Source of the DNA: Yuukianura sp. NJ FZ-2021
Lineage: Eukaryota
Assembly: GCA_046563655.1 (NCBI GenBank)
Contig: CM102286.1
Coordinates: forward strand, 12,152,001 to 12,216,000
DNA: 64,000 nt
Reading direction: 5' to 3'
The notes beneath the pieces are model-generated. The model was not told the origin of the DNA, ran no database searches, and was given only the letters and a program-made list of their open reading frames with translations. The translations under genes were made by a program, and so were the position numbers. Shown one piece after another: positions 39,328-57,300 of the stretch (position 1 is the first letter of the stretch; every line of letters starts with the position of its first letter).

Positions 39328-39725
39328 CCGTAAAACTTGTAATAGAATCCCGGGCTTCTATTTATTTTTCACGCCTCCAGACGCGGATTTTAGTGAAGGC
39401 CGGCTTACAAGGTGGGTAAACAAAGAAAAACTTTTTGTTTAACAGGTTAGGCAATAACTCGAGTTTTAAGGTTTTCGCAAAAAATTTTCAAAATTGAATT
39501 CACCTAGTTTCAATCGCAATTGGTATGGGAAACGGAATTAAAAAATTCGGAGAGATGGCTTTTGAATTGGCAACTAGGAGTAAAATGTAGAAAAAATTGT
39601 TTGACTCAAGATTTTTCGAAAACAGAACTTATTGCCTAACCTGTTAAAGGAAAACTATTTCGTAGCAACCTTGGCCAGCTTCTACAGCTTGTATCGGAGA
39701 CCGGGTTTTATTAGAAGTTTCACGG
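39328..39725. mobile_element. CCGT-TIR MITE (Tc1/mariner/pogo-type, TA TSD) with nested insertion
   Basis: TA|CCGTAAAACTTGTAATAGAATCCCGG ... CCGGGTTTTATTAGAAGTTTCACGG|TA. Confidence 0.75.
39443..39643. mobile_element. Nested ~200-bp MITE flanked by TTAA
   Basis: TTAA|CAGGTTAGGCAATAA ... TTATTGCCTAACCTG|TTAA, perfect 15-bp TIR. Confidence 0.75.
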
Positions 39726-41019
39726 TAACCTAACATAGATAGTAGTAGGACTCCGACGACTTTCCCAGGGCATCAACCAGGAAAGACTCTTCACTCGAAA
39801 CCTTAATTCAATTTCCCTCCATCACCGCCGCGGTGCCCACGGTTCTTAGGAGTGGGCGATTTAACGTTAGCAACTTACTGGAGGACCGGGAACAGCTCCC
39901 TCCCGCTGTTTCATATTTACACTCATACGCAAAGTTGGAAATTTTGTAAAAGATGCACAGCGGGGAGACAGGAAGAGGTTTGGCCCAGAGCCTGACTTTG
40001 TTTGGCAAAGATCGCTCCTGGAACTTCCTGGAAGAGTAATTGGAACGATGATGATGTTGACGTTAACACTCGTGCGGCTCCAGACTATGAACTCAACCGG
40101 GAAACTTCTGCAAAGCAAAAACAAATTACAATTATTAATACAACAGTAATAATATTTAATTAATTATTTTAAATATACTTTCACTTTACTTTTCCTTGAA
40201 GTGAAAAGTCGGAGAAAGTTGACAAATATTCGTTTGAATGGAAGCTAATTGAGTTAGCTCTGGAGAGCACATCATTCACAGTTCACATTGTATAGGAACC
40301 CCACGGTGACGTCCACGGTCGCCGCCGCGGTTTTTGCCAAATCAGAACTTCTTTGGCCAAAATGTGACGACGACGTTTTCATTCCCTTTTTCGTTAACAA
40401 CCTGATTTGAAATTAAACGACAAACAAGAGATACTCAAGCAGAACCCTGATTAGACCAAGTGTTTGCTAACACTAACCACTTGATTAAATCACAAAACTC
40501 TACGTCTACTGTACTGTGCTCTACGTTAAACATCTACTAGATACGCATAACAAACCTAGCTTTACACAACGTTAAACCAGACCAAAACAATTAAAAAGTG
40601 GAGCGTGCCATCCGAATTGTTAGTTACGTTTCTTATTACCTGCGAATTCGTGAATCTCTGTCTTTTCTTATGTCTAAAATAAAGTTTAACAAGAGAAAAA
40701 TCTAAAAACTAACAATTGTAAACGACTAAACTGGATATCAAATTAGACTAGACTAAGGTAAGGTAAGGTTGTGTGGTAAAGTGCATTAGGGAGGATGTCT
40801 ATTTTGCTTAAACTTTCTCACTCATCTTCTATCTTCGTTCAACATCCTAACCATCTTAGACACAAAGGGCTTTTTAGCATTAGGACGGGATCCTGGCTTC
40901 GATTTAAATACAAAGTACCGGTAATTAAGCGATCAGATGCTGGGTGATATCACACACATTCTTCATCTGTGAATCATTTGGATTTTGTCTTGGCCATCTT
41001 CAACATATTCTTCCTAACT

Positions 41020-49255
<8,236 letters not shown>

Positions 49256-50841
49256 AATTCCTAGAATAAAGTTAGCGATGATACTACTTAGGGAGTTAGT
49301 TGGTGATTAGTTGGAGAGCAAGTAATCGATTATCCAGGAAAGATACCAACTTGTGTCCTGTTACTTGGATAAGATGTTTACTCGAACAAGTCTAGTTGGT
49401 GTTTGCCTCTGACTGGTTTGAGTCAGTTGAGAGAAATTCTAGAGTCCAACTGTGGGATACTTTGTCAACTACCTTTCTCCCTCGTTATAAGACGTGCTTA
49501 TCATAACATAACTTAGCTAAATAAGTTAAAGTTACTTTAATTAATTACACAACTAATTCTATATATACAACAAAATTAATGAGTATTTTTGCATTTAATT
49601 GTTTTAATTTCAAATAATTTTTGAGAGAGAAATCTCGGAGAAACTTTTCTCTTTTTTTTATGAAACCAAAGTGTTTGTGTCGTTCGGCCAATAAGCTAAA
49701 GCTTTAAGAAAGTTAATTAGCAAAACGCGTTAATTTGTTTCTCCTTAAGAGGCTCTTTGTGTCAATTACTTCATTTGAATATAATTTACCTCAAGAGATT
49801 AGGCGTAGTGTTTTGACTTATGTTTGTTAGAGTTACAATAAACACATGAATGTAAAACGCCTTTTTAAGATGTTTGGCTTATTGTGGACTGACTTTCTCC
49901 CAGGAGAAAGCGCGTATTCCGGAATATCCTTAGTTATGATGTGGATCTACTCCCGTCTAGGTCCAATTACCGACAGAAAGCAAAGCATAGGTGGATGTCC
50001 ACTTTTATACACCGGAGTTTTGATGACGGATTTGGACGCTAAATCGGTATAAAAATATTTTGGGGAGTAACATGCTCCACTGAATTCCCACCACTTTTCG
50101 TGAACTTGAATGAATTACATTAGGTTTACCAGCAAAAAAGGCAACTTTGAACTTCCAGAGGATTCCAGAAACACTTGCTCCAGAAAGTCATAACGGGATT
50201 TTGTGAATGGACTTGAACGGTAAGTGTTGTGTGTAAGGATCTGATATAAGGCTTTACACGTGAAAATACTCAGCAGTCGTGAGCACATGTCATAAACTAA
50301 ATTAGATGACGCAAATTCAGCAAATCTGATAAATAGAGAGACTGCTTACACCGCAAACCACAGGAGTAGCAACGCAGCATCTGAACAAAGTGCCATTTCA
50401 AAGAAAAAGAAAGTATAACGAGAAAAAAAAAATCAGAAAAAAGAAGGAAGGAAAGAAAAACGAAAGAAAAGACAATGGAAAACGAAGAGGAAAAAAAAAC
50501 AGACAAAAATTAAAAGTGGAGAAAGTTAAGTTAGGTCAAAATCTGGCTAATAATTTTCTGATTTTTGTTGAAATTTGATACGCATTTTGTGCAAAGAGTT
50601 TAAACTTACTAAAGAATAATACTGTATTAATATTCCGGCTGGAAAACGGAATAGACTTTGTCCCGTTTTTGATTAAAATTATCACCATTAATCTGCTTTT
50701 AAGCCTTAATCAAATCCCAATTTCGTACTTAATTATCTTATGTGTCACAAATTGTGACTCACAATATGATTTTTTGCCAAAATCAATTCGATGACCAATC
50801 TAGGAATTACCAAAGACCTTCAATAGCAAAAACCTTTTGCC

Positions 50842-50880
50842 TATATAACCCGCCTAACATTTCCATACAATTGGTAGTTT
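50842..50880 (+). promoter_or_regulatory. TATA box and Inr-like core promoter of the S8 peptidase gene
   Basis: TATATAA at 50842-50848 and GTAGTT ~30 nt downstream; ATG at 50910 in AAAATG context. Confidence 0.5.
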
Positions 50881-50909
50881 ACACCATTTCGCTTACTAAA
50901 TCGCTTAAA

Positions 50910-52463
50910 ATGACTAAACTTTTGGCTTTGGTGCTGTTGGTACTGCTGGTCTCTGCCCAGGCCCACCCTACTCACCACAAAATTCAGCACTCGTTGAATA
51001 CGTCCCTAGAAACAAAGAATCTCGTCAACGTTTTCATTGGTCTCCAAAATGGCTCAACTATACCAATTCTCAGGGCTTTGGAATCTTCCAAATCATTTCA
51101 ATCCATCACCACACATGAGCAGAAAACAACAGCCGTGGCGCAGGTTCTAAGGGCCCATGCTAAAACCAGTCAGAAGCCACTAATTGACTTCCTCAAGGTC
51201 AATTTTCCTCAGGTTCAAATCAAATCCTTCTGGATCAACAATCTAATTTTTCTGAAAAACGTCAACCAGCAGATCGTCGAGGCCTTGGCAGCTCTTGACT
51301 TCGTTGCTGAAATTCGAAAAGAACGAACAACTCATATTAGCAAAGTCTATGACAGTTTGCGAGAGACATCATTAGAAGACAGAGTAATTCCACCGTCTGA
51401 AGAATGGGGATTGGTGGACATGCGCGTTCCAGAGGTTTGGAATACTGGAAATACTGGCAAAGGGCTCGTCGTTGGCAACATTGACAGCGGTGTTCGTGGA
51501 ACTCATGTGCTGCTCAGCTCCAAGTGGGTTGGCCTTGACAACTATGGATGGTATGATCCCATTGGTCTTTCTGATAACCCTCATGACATCTACAATCACG
51601 GTAACTGCCTTGCCTTAACACAAAATGTTGATATGCTTAAGTACTTTTCAACTTGATTACATTGTGGAGTATAAAAATGTTGCAATTTTTTAATCATTTT
51701 TTCACTAGGTACTCATACAATGGGAATGCTTGTTGGTGGTGATGGAGTTGGGATTGTTCCGGATGCTACTTGGCTAGCATGCAAAGGTATCCAAGACGAC
51801 GGTACTGGAACTGAAGCTGGTTTCATTGCTTGTATTGAGTACATGCTTTGCCCCACTGACTACTTGGGAAACAATCCCGACTGTTCCAAGGCTCCTCATG
51901 TTGTGAGCAATTCTTGGGGATTTGCTCCCTACAATGATATTTTCAACTCGGCCATCTATGCTTGGAATACTGCTGGAATCCTTTCTTCATTTTCTGCTGG
52001 AAATGAAGCATTTGGTGGCAGGTTGTGTGGTTCCATTAGATCTCCAGCAGATCAACCCTACATAACAGCCGTAGGAGCTACAGATTCAAATCACACTTTG
52101 GCTACATTCAGCAGCCTTGGCGCTAGCCGGAGTAACGGACTTTTGAAACCCGAGATTTCTGCTCCTGGAGTCGACATCTACTCGGCTTCGTCCGAAAGTG
52201 ATACGGCCATGATGTTTCTGTCGGGTACGAGCATGGCTTGCCCAAGTACCAGCGGAGTCCTCGCTCTACTGAAAAATCAAGACCCGAATCTTATACAAGC
52301 TAGAGCAATTGAAATCTTGGAAAATACTGCTCGAAGATTTGATACAACTACTGGCAGAGTCTGCGATGGAGTTTCGGAAAACACGTACCCGAATAACCAC
52401 ATGGGCCATGGAATCATTGATGCTTACGCTGCATTTCTTGAACTTACTGGCGCACCACAATAG
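50910..52463 (+). CDS. Secreted subtilisin-family (S8A) serine protease, bacillopeptidase F-like, ~481 aa, 2 exons
   Basis: Exons 50910-51600 and 51709-52463 (108-nt phase-1 GT-AG intron) give signal peptide MTKLLALVLLVLLVSAQA, a propeptide, catalytic IDSG, HG|THTMG and GTSMACP, oxyanion SAGNE, KPEISAPG, C-terminal PNNHMGHGIIDA; AATAAA at ~52516. Confidence 0.93.
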
Positions 52464-52533
52464 CCAGAACTTGTTTTATTTTTTAAATTAATCATTCAAA
52501 ACGTGCCAGTATAAAAATAAACTATTCGAAATA

Positions 52534-53794
52534 CAGTGAGTGCCACGAAAACCTGCACACCCTAAATTTGTTTCCGTGGTAACAACTCAAACTATGGAGG
52601 AAATCCTGTTCCTACACAACCTGAGTTGAGAATTCGAATTAGAGAGTAATTGCAAACCGAAATACAAAGCGGAAATATGAAATATGGAACTTATTGCACA
52701 GCTTGCACGAAGAAAATTAAACTGTTGTTAAATTAAACAACATGTCAAACTGGAAAATTGTATATGTGCGCAGTTAGTGCGCAGTTTGTGCGCAGTTGGT
52801 GCGCAGTTAGTGCGCAGTTTCTGCGCAGTTGGTGCGCAGTTGGTGCGCAGTTAGTGCGCAGTCGGTGCGCAGTTGGTGCGCAGTTAGTGCGCAGTTGGTG
52901 CGCAGTTTGTGCGCAGTTGGTGCGCAGTTTGTGCGCAGTTGGTGCGCAGTTAGTGCGCAGTTTCTGCGCAGTTGGTGCGCAGTTGGTGCGCAGTTGGTGC
53001 GCAGTTAGTGCGCAGTTGGTGCGCAGTGGGTGCGCAGTTGGTGCGCAGTTGGTGCGCAGTTAGTGCGTAGTTGGTGCGCAGTTAGTGCGCAGTTGGTGCG
53101 CAGTTGGGCGCAGTTGTTGCGCAGTTAGTGCGCAGTTGGTGCGCAGTTAGTGCGCAGTTGGTGCGCAGTTGGTGCGCAGTTGGGCGCAGTTGTTGCGCAG
53201 TTAGTGCGCAGTTGGTGCGCAGTTAGTGCGCAGTTGGTGCGCAGTTGGTGCGCAGTTGGGCGCAGTTGTTGCGCAGTTAGTGCGCAGTTGGTGCGCAGTT
53301 GGTGCGCAGTTGGTGCGCGGTTGGTGCGCAGTTTATGCGCAGTTGGTGCGCAGTTTCTGCGCAGTTGGTGCGCAGTTTGTGCGCAGTTGGTGCGCAGTTG
53401 GTGCGCAGTTTGTGCGCAGTTGGTGCGCAGTTAGTGCGCAGTTAGTGCGCAGTTGGTGCGCAGTTGGTGCGCAGTTGGTGCGCAGTTGGTGCGCAGTTGG
53501 TGCGCACAAGTCAATTTTGCCAATCAGCGAATTCTTCTTCCTGTATTCTATATTTCTAATCGAAATGAAAGAACTTTTCTTTATTTCTCATAATCGCAAA
53601 ATATAGAATATGGAGCATTCCATTCTATATTTTATATTCATATTCTATAAACTCTATAAAGTGAGTTGAAATTACTCTCTAATATTTAGACAGGATTTTG
53701 TTAGGTTGTTTTGTGCAACATGTTTCCCCCCAGATTTCGCAAAATAAACAAAATAATTACTGTGGAGGTGTGCAGGTTTTCGTGGCACTCACTG
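52534..53794. mobile_element. Tc1/mariner-type non-autonomous foldback element (TA TSD, perfect 28-bp TIR) containing a minisatellite
   Basis: TA|CAGTGAGTGCCACGAAAACCTGCACACC ... GGTGTGCAGGTTTTCGTGGCACTCACTG|TA; inner inverted ATTAGAGAGTAATT / AATTACTCTCTAAT. Confidence 0.88.
52766..53507. repeat. 11-bp minisatellite (GTGCGCAGTTG/A/T), ~67 units
   Basis: Read directly; includes a 76-bp higher-order unit repeated 3 times (variant GTTGGGCGCAGTTGTTGCGCAG at ~53103, 53179, 53255). Confidence 0.97.
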
Positions 53795-54373
53795 TATAAG
53801 AAAAAAAAGTTGAAGTTACGCGATAGAAATTTATGTGCGGCCAAGAGGAAAACGAAAAGAAAAAAACGGAGACAAAAATCAAAAAAGAGTAAGCTAAGTC
53901 CTTAAAAATCTGCCTCAAGAATTTCTGATACATAAAATTTTTTGCTGAGACACGCGCATTTCGTGTAGGTTTACACCTACTGTGTAGAAATCTAAACTCG
54001 AAATTCCGGAGTATAAGTAGAACCGTAGAATTACGAATTTTGAGTGACTTTGACCTTTTGTTCCTTTTATTTAAACACTTCACACACTTTTAGTTCAAAT
54101 ATGTTTCTAAAAGTTGTCTAAAGTTAGGCTAAATTAATTAAACTAATTAGATTGACTCTTGGTAAAACTTTTGCATCAAAACTCTACTGACGCATTTTAA
54201 AAGCAAGACTGCTTCACATAAAATATAAAAATAAACTATGCGAAAAACTACAAAAAAAAGTTATAATTATAACCTCTATGCTAGAATTCCTTCTTTTGAA
54301 CTGAAAGCTTACAGTTGGTGTTGAAATTACTTTAAGAACGTATAATTTTTAGTAGTTTTTTTTTCACAGCGGT

Positions 54374-57300
54374 TTAAATTTTGACACTTTCAAAATCTTT
54401 CTTTTCAAAAGAACTAAACGCCATTGGTCGAAACTTTTCTTTCGAATGTTTAGAAACTGTCTTTTTGTTTTGTAAACCTAGGAACAGACCTATGATGATC
54501 AGTACGGCCGTAATTGCTGCAACTACAGTCAATACTATCCCAACTACGTTCAATTCTTCATTAACTTGATTCACTTCTTTGGCCACAACGCCATCATCAT
54601 CACCGGCCGAGTACGCCTTGACCTCTGAGTCTTCTAGACTGTTGACCTCTCCAAAATTTACAGTTGGTGGCCAAGTTGACGTTCCCTCCTCCGTACTTTC
54701 GCCACTTACAACCTTAGGTTCAGGTTCCACCACATAATGGAAGCGGGAAGATGATAAATCAGCCAAATTCATATGATTTTGGACAGAAATGCCCAGGAGA
54801 TTATGTCGCAATGCTTCTTCAAACATATGCGAAATTTGACCTGAAGATTGACCTTGAAGGCCAAAGTTAACGTTCATGAAACCGTCGACAGCTTTTACGC
54901 TAACCTTGTCTTCAACCAAGTCTGCTTGGAGACTGCGCAGTAAATCTTGCATTTCTACTCCTAGTTGTGACGAGCTGACTTCTTCCGATGAGGTTACGGG
55001 AAATGTTAGCCGGACATTGACTTTTTGAATAGTAGCGGGTGGACATGTTCTTGTCCCCGAAAGAAATGTTGACGTTCCTTCTAGCTGATTTCCAATGGAG
55101 TCGACACACCAACACACAGGCTCGTCTATACTGCACTGTGTTGGAACAAAGTTACCTTGGTCGTCGCATTTCGAAAAATACTTTTCTTTCATCATGAAGC
55201 ATCTGGGTTTGACATTTTGAAATCCCGGTCGAACAACGAGCAAATTCCCGCCGTTTTGGTCAAGTCCGTATTCGTTTACTATAGCCTCGGAAGCGCTTTG
55301 ATTCAAGTTAGGTTCATTTTGGCTAGCAAGACTTGGCAGCAGCTCGTCGTCAAGTACGGCAGACCTTTCAGCTGGACTGTCGCCTAATGGAAGCTCGGTC
55401 AGCTCAGCAGCGTCACTCGGAAGCTCGGTCAGCTGAGTAGGTCCAACCGGTGGCTCGGTCAGCTGTTCTGGCTTTATTGGTACTTCGGTCAGCTGTTCGG
55501 CATCAGTAGACTCTGAAGTTGTTTGTTCTGTTGTCGCCGACTCACATTTAGCTGACCTTCCATCCATGAACGTTACTTCTGCAGTACAAGAGCAAGGCTC
55601 AACATGACAAATGACCTCATCAGTTTCAAGATTGGGACAGTTTTGGGTTAATTTCCGGCAAGCTTCAGCACGGTCGCAGACGTCCAGTCCACCTTCAACT
55701 ATGTTTGGACAAAGTACTCGCTGAGGACAGCGAGACTGGCAGTGTTGGAGACTTGGGAAGTTATTGACTCCGATCTCCGGACATCCGACAAACTGCTTGC
55801 AAGATTCCGTTTCAGCATCAAAGTACCATCGCTCCACTTTGTCCTTGCAGCTACCAGTGTCCGACTCTAGGGGCAAGCTGCATCTATCAACTGTTCAAAA
55901 AACCGCCAAAATTTTGAGTTTTTTTTTGTTTCGAAGTTTCACTGTCAACTGACTCACCGTCTTGTGTGCATTCCATTTTACATTCCTCCAAACTTTCAAA
56001 GTTGTTGTCATTCCCGCCACAGCCACCCCAAAAGAACTCCTCGCACTTCCTGCTCGTCGAATTGTAAAAGTGGCGCGGAAATGATGCACGACAGAGTCCA
56101 GGATCCACCTTCTGCTTACATCTGTCTTCACATACCAGTTTCACTCCCGCCGCCCTGAATTGCCGGCAAATTTTAAATTAAAAATAATTTTTTTTTAAAG
56201 TAAATCAAAAAACTGTTTTAAGTTCTCCCATTTCTCTACATGGCAAAACGTAACGTATTGTAAACCTTACGTAAAATATGAAATTTTGCAGGAGTCGCAT
56301 GGGTCAGCAACACAAATCGCTTCTGGATGCCCTTTGCAGCTACTGTTCAAACACTGGTTGCTGCAAATCATCGGAGTTGCGTCATCGTTTAGACAAATCG
56401 CTTGATTCGCGCTTCTCTGGACCATTTTACCTGGAAATTCAAAAAAGTAAAAACTAGAAAAGTCAAAAATCAGTAACTGAATTCAAAAAGACGGCAAATG
56501 AAACAGTTTTGACTGCATTTTAGGTCATGCCAAGGTCATTGACCTTGTTCTCACGCACCTTCTTCAGAACAGACTAGATGACCTTTGGTAAAAGACTGTT
56601 CATCAGGTCGTCCTTGAGCATCTACACACCACATTAAGTCTCCCTGACTTTGCCTTCGTTCATACTCTCCATTAATTCTGCAAGTAGGTGGATTGAGGAT
56701 CATGTTGGATTCTTCAGAATCGCTGTCGCCAAGGATACTCTCCAAACTGCTGCCGATTTCTCTAGCGCGTCTGTTTCTCCTTCCCTCCTGGACTGGCACT
56801 TTCACCTCAATTTCCACCGTTACACGCCTACACCTAAAGAATTTCAAAAAAAGAAGGAAACAAAATCAATACTTTTCAATTTCTAGAATCTCAGAGGAAT
56901 TTTATTTATGATTGAATCACGTTCCAAAACAGAATCCGTTGACAGTGAACAGTAAAGCTTACCTGTAACCACAGTCTACCAGACAACATCTTTCGTCATG
57001 TCCACATTCATCATCGTAGTTACACAAATCCAAGCAAGTTCCAGTGAGTCTAAACAGGATTTCATTGGGTGAGGGTTGTGGACACGCCCCTTTTTGCATA
57101 ATAGCAGGAAGAGATGCAGCTGAAGTGAAAGCATTCGTGGCAGCTTCAGCGTCACTTCCAAAACTTTCTAACAATTCGGCACTGAAACCTCCAACTCTTC
57201 CAAATTGTTTCAATTCTAAGAAAATGTTTTGTAAAAATCAAAAATGTTTGGTTACTTATTCAATTTTTGGAAAATTTGAAAATTTCAATTTCAAAAGTCG

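Noticed and set aside
50742..50909. 56-aa N-terminal extension of the S8 ORF in the ORF track
   Set aside because: Starts at a non-ATG codon upstream of the TATA box; ATG 50910 directly begins a signal peptide
51601..51708. Apparent split of the S8 gene into two ORFs (possible pseudogene)
   Set aside because: A canonical GT-AG intron restores HGTHTMG in frame
52758..53606. Repetitive CAVGAQLVRSW ORFs and CRISPR-like periodicity
   Set aside because: Translation of an 11-bp tandem repeat; no unique spacers, no cas genes, eukaryotic context
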